64,000 nt of DNA from Camelus ferus (lineage: Eukaryota). The stretch lies in contig NC_045697.1 in assembly GCF_009834535.1 (NCBI RefSeq), positions 72,418,001 through 72,482,000 of the forward strand. Direction: 5' to 3'. Below are positions 12,501 to 24,812 of this stretch, piece after piece (positions within the stretch are counted from its first letter, which is position 1; each line of letters starts with the position of its first letter). A program made the translations under genes and the position numbers. The notes under the pieces were generated by a model. The model was given only the letters and a program-made list of their open reading frames with translations, did no database searches and had not been told where the DNA came from.

Positions 12501-13365
12501 GGAAATATTTTTCAAGTTTAATGACAGTAATTCACTGCATAATTTAATTTGTTAAAATAGGAGGAAGCTAAATAAAGGAACAGTGATTTAAACCACATAA
12601 ATCAAGTTAGATGGCCTCTTCTACCTTAGGGAGGGTTACGAGTCATGTTTAAAAACCATTCAGCTGTAGTTCTGTGACTGCCTCACTGCCTTGCTGGCCA
12701 TGCAGTCCCCTGGCACCAGAGGTGGGCTTGGAGGAGACTCTCTGAGCTGTCCTGTTTTAGCTGTGCTGCTGCATCTGAGGTTATGCTTCAGTTTGTCGTA
12801 ACAGTCTTTCTGGAGGCTCACTTTATGTTCAGGGAGTCATCTATTATCTTTTGCAGAAATCCCAGTTTAATCGAGTCATGTTGTAGTAAGTATTATTTTA
12901 ATATAGAAAGTAGACAATTCATATTAATTATTAGCAATCGTATTGTGTAATTTTACATTATGGTCTTGAAGGACACAGAAAAATCTGTTCAGAGAGGTGT
13001 ATCTGTGTCTTTCAGTCAGAGATGATGTCACTAACTTCCCTTTGGTTTAAATGCTTGATTCTTGGCTTTACAAAAAGTGTATCTGTGACTCCATTCTCTT
13101 AGAACACTGTTGTCAAATAGATCAGCCACAGTATTTACAAATTACTGCTGTCTACTATAAAGCTGTAATTTTCCAAAATAATATAAAAGGGGAAAAGGGT
13201 AGCAAATTGCATAATTATAGAGATGAACCCTGTAATAGTGAGAAAAAAAGTCAACAAACAATTCACTAAATTTTCATATTTCCTGTAATTTTCCATTAGT
13301 ACCCATCATACAGTCCTCTGCATTATCACACTAAAGATATGAATCAAGAACATCTAATCAATAAA
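9526..13365 (+). other. CISD2: Probable long CISD2 3' UTR with several candidate polyadenylation signals
   Basis: AT-rich and largely free of recognisable transposons. AATAAA at 9772-9777, 10417-10422, 11165-11170, 12153-12158 and 13360-13365. The true 3' end cannot be fixed from sequence alone. Confidence 0.5.
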
Positions 13366-13439
13366 TTTAAGATAGAAGTACAGTCTTCAACTATGTTAAA
13401 TGATGCCAAGAAATTAAGTAAGATGAAGATAGAAAGATG

Positions 13440-15320
13440 TTCACTTTAAAATTCTGCATGCAACTGTGTAGCAACACAATGGAAAATCTAGAGGAAATGG
13501 CTAATTTCCTAGAAAAACATAAATGATCAAAAGTGATCCAAGACAAAGTTTAAAATGTTAATAGCTCAATTATCAGATAGGAGTAGAAAAAGTGATTTTT
13601 TAAAAAATCCATAGTTTTAAAAGTACTAGGGTGACATGAAAGATGATTTCAATGTGATTTAAAGTATCCCAATTTTTTTTAAAAAGTAAAAACTCCCTAA
13701 CTCATATAGCTAGTATAACATTAATATAAAAACCTGATAAACAAGACAAAAAACAAGAAAAAAACCATGATCAATATCATTTATACATATGGATGAAAAT
13801 TCTAAATAAAAATTTAGCGCTATACCAAAAAAAAAAAAAAAAAAGGTTAATCACTATGGCAAAGAGGATCATATTCCAGGAATTGAAGAGTGTTTTAATT
13901 TCAGTAAATCTATTAACACAATCAGTTACACAAATGAATTAAAGAAAACATGATCATATCAATAGATGCTAAAAGGGCTATTAAGATTCAGTAGACATTC
14001 CTAATGATTCTTGAGTAAAATAGAAATTGAAGGAAACTATTTAAACACAATGAAGATTATTTATGAAAAGCTTACAAGTATTTAAAATCATAAGCTGTTT
14101 TAATCAAAATCAGGAACTAGTGGGAATGGCTACTGCCATTATTACTAAAGATTATCTTGGAGGATCCAGTGTCGATATGATTATATTCCTAGGAAACCAC
14201 AGAGATTAGGAAAAACAAAGAGGGATTTTAGTAAGGTATTTGGAAACAAGATTAATATACAAAACTTAATAGCAATAAGCACCTTGAAGTCTAATGGGAG
14301 AAATATTTCATTCACAATAGGAAAAATAAAAAGAATAAATTTGCCAAGAAGGGTATAAGACCTATAAGAAAAAAGAAACAATCTATGAAAATGTCACTAA
14401 AAGTGATTGAACAAGATTTAAACATATGATACAATACTATTGTAAAAATATAAATCTCTTAAATTAATAAATTCAATAAAACTCATATTAGAATCACAAG
14501 AGTCTTTTAAAATTGGATTAAATTTTCAAACAAACAAACAAAAATGAGAAGAACTTTACTTTTACTCACCAGGTATCAGCACATACTATAAAGCCCTTGG
14601 AATCAAGTCAATATGATAAAAATAACTGCATTAAATAAGAATAAAGAAGACTGACAGAAAAGAATTGAGATGAAAATTTAATGTGTGACAAATGTCATGT
14701 TTTAATTCAAAGGGAAAACAAAATTGGATTCCCAATTTTCACTAAAGACTTTGATCAAAATTATTTTTTAAATTATTTTTTATTATTTTAGAAAGAGAGT
14801 TGGGATAGGGGGAAGAAAAGAAAATAGAAGACTAAAGACAGGGAAAACTATGTGATAAAAATTAACAATTTTTTTGTGACAAAAAAATAAAGTCTATCAA
14901 TAATATGTAATAAACAGGGGAAATTGCCATGTGGGTTACAGACAAAGAGTTAATATTTATACTACTCCATATTATATGTGATGTGTAATGATACCATGCA
15001 CTAGATGAGCACTTACAAATGGGCAAGGAAAAGGCAAACAAAAACATGGGCAAATAATATAAAGACATAACCACAGAAGAGAAAATCCAAATGACCAAAA
15101 TGTATAAAACTCACTAGTAACCAGGGAAATACAAATTAAGCAGTAGAGGACTGTTACTTTGTACCCCATGAGACAGTCACATATCAAGAAGAGCTATACC
15201 TATCACTGGTGGGGATTTTGGAGGCTGGAACCAAGTTCTCTCATATGCTGGTGGTAAAGAAAAAATACAGATTATTACAGTCTTTTTGGAAAATAATTTG
15301 GGAACATCTGGGAAAAAATA
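13440..15320 (+). mobile_element. Decayed L1 ORF2 region
   Basis: A-rich. AATCTAGAGGAAATGG..TTCCTAGAAAAACA, CATGATCATATCAATAGATGC and AAATCAGGAAC L1 ORF2 landmarks with many stops. Confidence 0.75.
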
Positions 15321-16014
15321 TATTCTTTATCATAGTAATCCTATAGAAATAGAATCAGCATGTATGCACACACATATAGACATTTATTGCAACATTGATC
15401 TTAATGGAAAATACACATATATTAGTTGACTAAGTATTTCTATGCAGTAGTGAAAAAAAACAAGATGCAGTATGGCATGATTAATCCTAACTTTGTGCGC
15501 TTGTATGTGTGTGTGTGTGTATATATATGTTTTATATATTCTTATTTTGGGTAGTGTATGTGTGTATGTATATGATTTTATGAACATGAAGAAAACTGTT
15601 GATGATATATTCTAATGGGGATGACATCATTTGTCTGGAGATGGTAGGCAGAGTAAAGATCAGAATTTGGGTAGGAAGCAGAGGAAAAGGAGAGAGAAAA
15701 GAGTAAGCAAACAAAAAAATTATAAATTCCATGTATGATATCCATTTTCAAATTATATAAATTAAACGTGCGTATACAATAAGAAAGTTTAAAACATTAA
15801 TTGGATTTGATATAATGGTCATTGATGACCTTACCCAGAGCAGTTTTAGTTAAATGGAAGCAAAGAATAAAGTAAAATTCTTACTAGAGCAGTTTGAATA
15901 ATAAATAAATAGTAAGACAGTGGACTACTATAAACTGAAACTTTACCAAAATAATAAAAAGCAAAATATAATAAACAATGATGAGCAAAAAAAGAGCTAA
16001 AGAAAGTCACTCTA

Positions 16015-16576
16015 TGTTATGTATACGAAGCAAAGGTGGCCTCTTTATATTGGCTCATGGGTGGTTCATTTCTTCACAGCAAGCTGAGACCCATTAGCTC
16101 AAATACCCATTGGGACCAAACCAAAAGTTTACCCATCCACTTGTTTTAAATATAGTCCAAACAGATAGATTTTTAGCTATTTAGAGCTTGCCTGCTTTAC
16201 CTACTCTGTGAAACTGTGTCCAAAAATCTGTTCACCTCAGAAATAATATGCCTTAGGCTAGAGACTCTAAGCTGCTCCTGCCTTTTGGAATTCTCTATCC
16301 CAGAGACTCCTGCCATGCTGCTGAGTGACATCAGACATCAGCCCCCTGGACATAAAACCTCTGTCTCTGATGCCTCTATCCTGCAGTACCGTTGCCCTTC
16401 TCCTCTTCTGGATGGTGGCCCTATGCCTTAAGCTTCTGGAAGGTCTCATGCTGCTACAGCCTTTCCTAGCATAAACCTGTTGAAGTATTACCCAAATAAA
16501 GCCTGTGTGTGCTACTGCCACCTCATGGCCATAGCTTTTTCCTTGATCAGCCCCGAAATGCTCAAACTCACCACCA
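16015..16576 (+). mobile_element. Solo LTR (ERV1, MER89/MER67-like) within an L1 fragment
   Basis: TG..CA ends, AAGCAAAGGTGGCCTCT start, AATAAA at about 16495, ~560 nt. L1 sequence on both sides. Confidence 0.7.
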
Positions 16577-16579
16577 GCC

Positions 16580-17100
16580 TTACACTACATAATAATAAAA
16601 GTAAAAATTTACCAGTAAGGTATACAAATTCTAAAATTGTAGATAGCTAATAGAGCTTCAAAATAAAGTCAAAATGAATAGAATTACAAAGAGTAACTGA
16701 CAAATCCACAAATACAGTGAGAAATTTTAACACATCAGTTTCAGTAGTTGACTAAGTGGACATAAAATTAGTAAGGCTATACAGATGATAGAGAACTATA
16801 ATCACCAATAAAGAATCCCTGTTCTTTTCAAGCATACTTGAAATATTTATAAAAATTGACCAAATATTAGGCCTAAAGGCATCAAACTTTTAAACTGAAA
16901 TACAGAGTACAAAGCACTATTATTAGAAATCAATAACAAAAGGTTATCCAAAGGAGATTTTAAATTTTTAGAAATTAAAAACAGACTTCCAAATAATTCA
17001 TGGAAACAAGAAGTAGTTAAAATAAAAATTAGAACATATTTAAAACTGGATGAAGACGAAAAGGCAGCAGATCAAGCTGAAGCAGTTCTTAGATGGAAAT
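16580..17100 (+). mobile_element. Decayed L1 ORF2 endonuclease-region fragment
   Basis: GAGAAATTTTAACACA, TTCTTTTCAAGCATAC and TAGAAATCAATAACAA landmarks. Confidence 0.7.
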
Positions 17101-17102
17101 TT

Positions 17103-19530
17103 ACCAGAAGCAATGCACATTCCTGGGAAGGACAGCAGGCTCCATTCGCAGTCTGCCCAGAATCTATATTAGCTCTTTACTCTCTGTCATAACATAGTCC
17201 AAATAAAGCTGGACTGCCTGGACATTCTGTAGAACATCACATTTGTTTATTATGTTGGTCAGTTAAAACAGACTGGGTGAGTAAGAGGCAGTAAGTATGT
17301 TGGACTTCTGGGACACATGAGTCCTTGAGAGTAAGAGAAAACTCTCTGAAGATTAAGGGGCCTGCCACATCAGTGAAGATTTTAGGGGGTCCAGTAGTCT
17401 CAGTAAGCTTAAAATAAAGAACAAATTGCTGCATGTTGCATCCCCACCATGAAGAAGGAAGCACAATACCTCACGGGCCTCTGGGTTTTGGAGGTAGCAT
17501 ATTCCATAGTTAGGTATACGGCTCTGACACATATGCTGAGTGACAAAGAGGCTGCCAGCTCTGACAGGAGCTTGGAGCAGGAAAGTACTCTCCAGCCGGT
17601 TCAGGCTACAGTACCAGCAGCCCCTACCATCTGGGCCATACAGTGCAGCAGACTCTCTGATATTCTAAGTGTTTGCAGTGGCAAGTGACATCATGTGGAG
17701 TTTATGGCAAACCTCAGTAAAAAAATTACAACATAATCCTATGGGGTTTTCTAGCAAGGCCATGCTATCTGTTGGATAAGTATATACCATATAATCACAT
17801 AGCATAATTATATACTGTAATAGTTCCAGGTGTGCTACTGGATCCACCTGACAACGGGCATTAAGAGACCACGTGGCTAGAACTTCCCATCACAAGCTTG
17901 GCTTTGTTAGACCTGCCAAGGCACAAGGACAAGCTGGCCTAGTAGCAATCCATCATAAGATGAAATAGCACATAAAGGATTGGGCACGAGAAGGAACAGG
18001 GCACCGTGAGCAGTATGACTAAGTGGCCCAGGTCCCCATATCATCAAAAACTGTTGCAATAGTTTCTGTTCCTCAGCTTGCAACTATGGTTGTATAGGTG
18101 GGTCCCAAGTTGCTTAAGGAGGAAAAAAGCTAAATTTGGTCCATTGAAAGGCCATCTCAAGATGTGGATGGAAGCCAAAATTGGATGGCTGCCTACTTTA
18201 GCTCTGGAAAGATAGCAGTAAGATGAAATTATCCCAATAGGCAGAACTTCGAACTGTGCACCTTGTCATTCATTTTGCATGGAGAGAGGAGTGGCCTGAG
18301 GCTAGAATGTATTCAGATTCATGGTCAAATGGCTTGGCTGGTAGGTGACAAGTTGGAAGGAGAAAGTTTGGAAGATTGGAGATGAAGACACCTGGGTAAG
18401 AGGCATAGGGAGAGACCTATGGGAACAGACAAAAATTATGAAGATTTTATATCACATGTTAACTCCCACAGAGGGCATCTACCAACCACCAGTAGACAAA
18501 ATGATTCATCCAGCTGATGTCAGCCAGCCTCTTCCATTTGGTCACCTTAGTACTGGCACCATTGGTACATAAATATAATGAGGGAGTGGAGGCTAGGCAG
18601 AGGCCCAAATAGCAGAAGTTCCCACTAAAGAAGGCTGATCTAACCATGCTGCTGCTGAATGTCCAATCTACTAGCAACAGAAAGCCACAATGATGCCTCA
18701 ATATGATACCATTCTTCAAGAAGACCATAGAGTCACACAATGTAATTTGAGTACATCGGATCCCTTCCATACAGGAAGAACAATTCATCCTCACTGGAAC
18801 TGATGCTCATTCTACGTATGGGTTTGTCTTTCCTTCTCACATGGCCTCAATCAGCACCAGAATGACCCATCAACATGGAATCCTGCACATCACTGCATTG
18901 GTTCAAGGAAGGCTCTTCACAGCACAGCAGTTGCAGCTGTGGACATTTGACAATGTGATTCAGTGATTCCCATCATAAAACATAACAACCAGAAGCTGTG
19001 AAACTGATACAATGATGAAAAAACCTTAGAAGCTCTTCAAAGGTATAAGGATGGGTCATCAGCATACAGGCTAGATCAATGACCATTATATAATCCCATA
19101 TCTCCAGTAGAAAAAGAATCAATGGTGGAAGAATCAGTGGCACATTTACTATAAGTTCCAGTGATCTTCCTGGAAATTTTTGCTTCTTATTCCTGTACTT
19201 CAATGCTGTTACAGAATAGAAGCACAGAGGAATGTGTCTGACACCCAAGTGGTACACTAGGGTATCTCTAGGTAAAATCGTGTTCCATTTTAATGGCTCA
19301 ATTTAAGTAGACAAGGGTATTAGCCATGGTTGAGCATTCAGTTGAGGGGGAATGGTGACCTGAGCTCAAACCACTCAGGGGTGATGATCTGGGTCACTCC
19401 ACGAGTTAGTGACCTGGACCAGCAGAGGCGCTAGCTAAGGAAGAGAGGAATGTAGAACAGACAGCACGTGGATAGCAGAGAAGGGAGATGATCAGTTGAG
19501 GGTGCAAGATCAGCAGCAGAGCTAAGGAGC
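17103..19530 (+). mobile_element. Decayed ERVL-class internal pol region (RT, RNase H, integrase)
   Basis: WEGQQ, CHNIVQIKLDCLDIL*NITFVYYVGQ (catalytic YIDD position decayed at 17251-17262), SQ*AELRTVHLVIHFAWREEWPEARMYSDSW (RNase H, ~18230-18322), integrase-tail-like WVTP near 19390. Many stops and frameshifts. Confidence 0.8.
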
Positions 19531-19554
19531 TATATAGTTCATTGTATAACCAGC

Positions 19555-19785
19555 AATTACCAGTTGGCAGAGGGAAAGGGGAAGAGAATGATAAAGGTAG
19601 GGGAGTAAGATTTACAAACTATTACATATGAAATAAATAAGCTAAAAGAATATATTATACAGCAATACAGCCAATATTTTGTACTAATTATAAATTGAAT
19701 ATAATCTATAAAATTTTGAATCACCATGTTGTACATCCCAAACAATATAATATTAGAAATCAATTATACTACAATGAAAAAAAAG
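19555..19785 (+). mobile_element. L1 3' UTR end with A tail
   Basis: TGAATCACCATGTTGTACA..AAATCAATTATACTACAATGAAAAAAAA. Confidence 0.75.
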
Positions 19786-19964
19786 AAATTCTGGAAAAAC
19801 TATATTCCAAAGAAAAGAAAAAAAATGTAATGTAATGCCTGCTAAAGACATGGAGCAAAAAAAGACAATTTCAAAAATGAAATTGAGTTTTAAAGACACT
19901 AAAGCTAACACCCTATCCAAGGAGTGTTTATAGGAATTTAGGACAGCTACCCTTGGCAGAATGG

Positions 19965-20024
19965 GTATTGAAATATACTTTCATGTATTGAAATATACTT
20001 TTATGTATTGAAATACACTTTTAA
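19965..20024. repeat. Tandem repeat, 3 x 20 nt (GTATTGAAATATACTTTYAT)
   Basis: Units at 19965, 19985 and 20005 with 1-2 mismatches. Confidence 0.9.
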
Positions 20025-20602
20025 AAAAATCCAAGATGTTTCCAATTTGTGTAATATTTACTTGGAGCCATCAGGATATTGGGATGGGGTTGGGGGAAGC
20101 AGCTTCTAGGGTTAAGAAGAGAGAGAGCAGAGCCCCCAAGGAGAGAAAGGAGAAAAGAATGCTTCATGAAAGGTTAGGATTCAAGAGATGTGCTATGCAG
20201 TCCCAGCCCAGAACTCTGGCAAGGACACTGCTTGTGCCTCCAGGAGCTGTTTGACACAGAACCATTTCCCCCACAAGCCTGCATGTGAGTAGGAACAGCT
20301 ACTTCCTTTGCCTCAGACCCTTGCCCAGCAGCTGTCCCTCTACTGTATTAATGGGAGCCTGCATGGCCTGTGCTCTGAGCCTTCACACATCAAACTATCT
20401 CACACGTCAAACTGTCTGGCCCCTAGGAAACATGCTTTCATGTGCTGGGTCCCGTGTGTGCCCTCAGGGAACCACCAGACAATAAGGGGATTGACTGAGA
20501 GAAGACCCCTGCGCTGTGGGACTGCACTGGGCACTCTACAGTGCCTTGAACTGGGGACAGGAGGAAGCAGACATCCTTGTTAGAAAAGAAACCAAACTGC
20601 GG

Positions 20603-20634
20603 TATTGAAGGTCTTCGTTATTGAAGGTCTTCGT
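20603..20634. repeat. Perfect 16-nt tandem duplication TATTGAAGGTCTTCGT x2
   Basis: Units 20603-20618 and 20619-20634. Confidence 0.9.
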
Positions 20635-21123
20635 TACTTAAGGAAAATTGAGATTTAAAAAACAAAATCACAAAGTGAATTCATCTAAAAAGATGGAAAG
20701 AAATGAATGTTTGTGACTTTAAAAAGAAATGACAAAGTATGAAACAGTCTGTCTTAGCTTATGTTTAGAGTAGGCTGTGAATGCAACTCTTTTTAAATTC
20801 TTTGAACTAACAAAGAATAAATCAAATGTTGACTTGGCAGGCATAATTTTTCTGAATAGATTGTCTGATAGTATATTACGACATCCTTGATTTCACTTTT
20901 GACTTTCATAGCACAATCAGAAAAAGAACTTTTTTTGTGTGAAAGACAAGGACCATAAAGCTACTAAAACTAAAATATTCTGGTATTAGCAGATAAACAG
21001 ATAAATAGTGGAATACAATAAAATTTCAGAAATAGACTCAAGTATATATGAAAATTTAATACATGATAAAAAAGACACCTCAAATCACAGGGAGAAAAAA
21101 AGTCTATTTTAACAAATGGTACT

Positions 21124-21590
21124 TAATATGGTTGAATTGTCCCCCAAAAGATACGTTAAATCCTAACCCTCAGTACCTCAGAATGTGACCTTATTTGGAA
21201 ATAGGGTTATTGCAGATGTAATTAGTTAAGTTGAGGCCATACTGGAGAAGACTGAGTCCCTAACCCCATATGACTGGCGTCATGATAAGAAGGGGAAATT
21301 TGGACACAGAAACATGCACAAAGCAAGGATGGCGCAGACACACAGGGAGAACCTCATGTGAAGATGGGAGCAGAGACTGGAGTGATGAACCCATAAGCCG
21401 AGGAACGCCTGGGACTACAATAAGCTGGAAGACACAAGGAAAGATCCCTCCTGGAGGCTTTTGGGAAACAAGGCTCTGTGGCCACCTTGACTTTGGACTT
21501 CCAACCTCCAGAACTGTGAAAGAATGTTTCTGTTTTGCAAGCCACCTAGTTAGTGGTACTTCATTTTGGCAGTGCTACCGAACTAATACA
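21124..21590 (+). mobile_element. MLT1 (MaLR) solo LTR, MLT1B/C-like, inserted in an L1 ORF2 remnant (about 20940-22400)
   Basis: GAATGTGACCTTATTTGGAAATAGGG, CCTCCAGAACTGTGA and terminal AACTAATACA. Confidence 0.85.
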
Positions 21591-22599
21591 ACATCAGATA
21601 ACTAGATGATCATTTGCAAAAATTTAACGTTGAATTTATATCCCACCTTTTGTATCAGGATACATTAGACGTGCACTAGAGAAGTAAAAGGGAAAAATAA
21701 AAGCATACAGTGCTAGGGGGGAAAATGATTGATCTCCTTCCTAACTATGAATCAGCATCTAGAAGCATGAAGAAAAAGATTCACATATTCAACTATATGA
21801 AAAGAAAACTCTTCTGCTTAACAAAAAGAAGCACTACTAGCAAAATAAAAGATAAAAGAAAAAGTGGAGAAAATATTTGCAATTTATATCACAGATAACT
21901 GTTATCTCCTACATAAAGATCTTTAATAAAACAGAAAACAGAAATACCCAAAATCTGATGAATGGATACAGGACATGAACAGATGGTTTACAGAAAAAAC
22001 AAAGGAAAATAGCCTTTAAAGCTATGAAAAGATGTCCACTCATAAACATAGGAACTTATTTTAAAATTACACTGAAAAACCATCTCTCATTTATCATTTA
22101 CTGGCAAAAATCCCAAAGTTTGACAGTAAATGCTCTTGGTGTGACCCTAGAAAAGACTGCCCAAGAGCGTGTGCGCGTGCACCCCCCCCCCCCCCACATA
22201 CCAAAAATACTTGCATTCATTCACTGTAGGATTTTTTATAACAGCAAAAGACTGGAAAGAATCTTCATCAGTAGACTGCATAAACTGTAACAGAGCCACA
22301 ATGCAGTACTACTCAGTGGTAAACAGAAATGAGGACAATTTCTACGTACTGACGTGGGACAGAGAAGTTTATACAGAATGCTGCCACTTGTGTACTTAGA
22401 GAGGGATAAATTTCAAAGATACGTGCCTGTTTATATTTGCTAAAAGAAATACTGGAAGAAGAAACCAAAAACTAAATAAAGGAAATGGGGTAGAATTCTT
22501 AAGGGACAGGAAAAGAAGCAAGAGTTCTCTAAAACTAACTTCATACACATTGGACTTTCAAATCATATCAATGTTTTACATATTTCAAATTTATACTTA

Positions 22600-23600
22600 T
22601 ATCTTGTTTAGAAGGAAATCTTAGAACTGAAAGCAAATGGAAATAAACAAATAGAGCGGTATCTCAAAATATGTGTATTTTGGTAATTACATGAAGAATT
22701 ACATCAAGTAACTTTAAAATTCAGTACTCTTATTGAATATCTTTGATGAGTTATAGCCTAAGAGCAAATTGAACTATAAAATATCTTTAATTCAGTAGTT
22801 TATTGTAAGTAATAATATTGGTATTGTTATTTTGAATTTTTAATATTATAAGATAAAGCTAATTAATATTATATTAATATTATTAGGAATCAAGATATTC
22901 ATTATAAGACAAAAAAGATAAAAGAAGTTAGGCAAAAGCCCTATAATGATACATTTGACTTAGAATTATCAACTTGATCTCATGTCTTTTATAGATTTTT
23001 AAAAATGATTTAAAAACTATGACTTAGGAAACTTTAACATATCTAGTTTTTTACAGAACCTATGTCCTGTAACTGCAGTTTTATATGACATTCACTTTTT
23101 CTCTTCATTAATCAGCACTGAAGGGATTTTGACTAAATATAATCAGTGCTAATGAATTATATTCTAAAATCATCAGTAATATTAAAAACAGCACTGTTTT
23201 TATTCTGCAGTTCATACTGCAAGTGTAATGATTGCCAAAACATATATTTCTTAGCAATATTTACTGAAAAGGTCTAGATGCAATGATACTCCAGTGGTAG
23301 TGAACAGTTTTGGACTCCAGTTTGGTTTCAACATACCTATCCTCATGGAAAGGTACCAGTGTCTTTTGGAGAATAGCTGATTCCAGGTCTGGAGTAGGGA
23401 AAATGCAATATGAATCTGGACAGCTTGCTAGGCCTGAAAGGAAGAAAGCATTCAAACATTATGGCACCATGTCCACAGAGTGCAGAAACAAGTGTGAAGG
23501 AACCCAGGGGCCATATCTGGGACAAGCTGAAAATCAAGAAATAAACAATGATGGGCTGAGACACACTGCATATTTAAAAAATCATGAGTTGGGCTGCAAA
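22600..23600 (+). mobile_element. Old L1 3' UTR (L1MC4-like) directly upstream of the PABPC1 retrocopy
   Basis: TTGGAGAATAGCTGATTCCAGGTCTGGAGTAGGGAAAATGCAATATGA resembles L1MC4 3' sequence. Confidence 0.6.
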
Positions 23601-23687
23601 GAATACAAGGGACTTCTGGCACTGGTGGTGATGATGTAGCAGCTAGTACCAAGCAATCAGCAGCCACAGACAACTACAAAACCGGAC

Positions 23688-24812
23688 ACGCCTCCTTCAG
23701 GCTACTTCATGGCAGCTAGCCCAGACTCAGAGCCGTGCTGCAGGCATCCTCCTAGTTGCTCATCTAAGACCAAGTTGTCGCTGGACTGCTCAGGGTGCCG
23801 GATCTCATCCATTGCTAAATAGGCCCGGTGGTCTCTGTCCAGTTGCTCCAAAACGTTTAGTATTACAAGTCTAGCTTCTTTATAGTTCCCACAAGTCACG
23901 TCAATAGCGTTGCTAACACATCAACACAGACAGTGGGTCCAAAACTGCAGCAACTGCTGCTGCAGCTATTCCTGCTGTCCATACTCCTCCAAAGTATAAA
24001 CATGCTGTGGGAGTCTGCAGGCTTCAGTATTTTAATTCCCAGCCACAAGTTACTATGCGGCAGATTGCTGTTCATGTACAAGGTCAAGAGCCTTTGACTG
24101 TTTCCATGTTGGCATTTGCCCCTCCCCAAGTATAAAAGCAAATTTGGGTGAATTCCTCTTTCCCCTTATTAAAGACACGCACACTAGTCTTGCTGGTAAA
24201 AATCACTGGGATGTTGTTGGAAGTTGGAATAATTCAGAACTTCTTCATATGCTTGAATCTCCAGAATCTCTCTGTTCTAAGGCTGACGAAGCTTTACTGT
24301 ACTATAAACACACAAAGTTGAAGAGGCTGCCCAGGAAGCAGTTAACAGTGCCACTGGGGTTCCAACTGTTTAAAATTGACCAGGGATCATGAAGAGAAAC
24401 TTGTGTTTCACCACAGAAAAATGTCTAAACATCAAAAACTTAAATAATATAGAAAAATTACAAAATATAAATTTAAAAAGGAAAAACAAACTTTGAACTT
24501 TATGCACTGAGCAAATGTCAGGTCTAGCAAACATAATGCTAGTCCTAGATTACTTACTTGTTTAAACATACACACAAAAAACGCAAAAGAATCAGCAAAA
24601 TATAAAAAACAATTGAATGTTTTATAGACCCTGAGGAAAACAATTTTCAGCAGAGCACAAAATTTAAAATGTCCCTTTAATTTTATAATTTTTTTTACTG
24701 TGAAATGGCTAAGAATGTCACTTCTGTTTTAAATAACAAAATTGATAATGGAGCAAGGAAATCTAACTTGTATTATAAAATTCTTGCTTTAATAAAAATT
24801 CCTTAAACAGCA
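23688..24812 (+). pseudogene. PABPC1: 5'-truncated processed pseudogene of PABPC1 (proline-rich linker, MLLE domain, 3' UTR)
   Basis: Intronless decayed matches: [51 protein letters not shown] (TAA 24371-24373). In-frame TAA at 24133-24135 and frameshifts. 3' UTR with AATAAA at 24791-24796. Confidence 0.93.

Noticed and set aside
17103..19530. Domesticated or active retroviral pol gene
   Set aside because: Numerous stops and frameshifts, and the RT catalytic aspartates are lost.
19965..20024. CRISPR-like array
   Set aside because: Head-to-tail repeats with no spacers and no cas genes, in eukaryotic DNA.
22167..22195. Alternating purine-pyrimidine stretch plus C14 run as a regulatory non-B DNA element
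   Set aside because: Short, embedded in a decayed L1, and most simply a degenerate microsatellite.
24144..24392. ORF containing [14 protein letters not shown] as a functional MLLE microprotein
   Set aside because: Non-ATG start, and only part is in the PABPC1 frame, with frameshifts on both sides. It is a pseudogene fragment.
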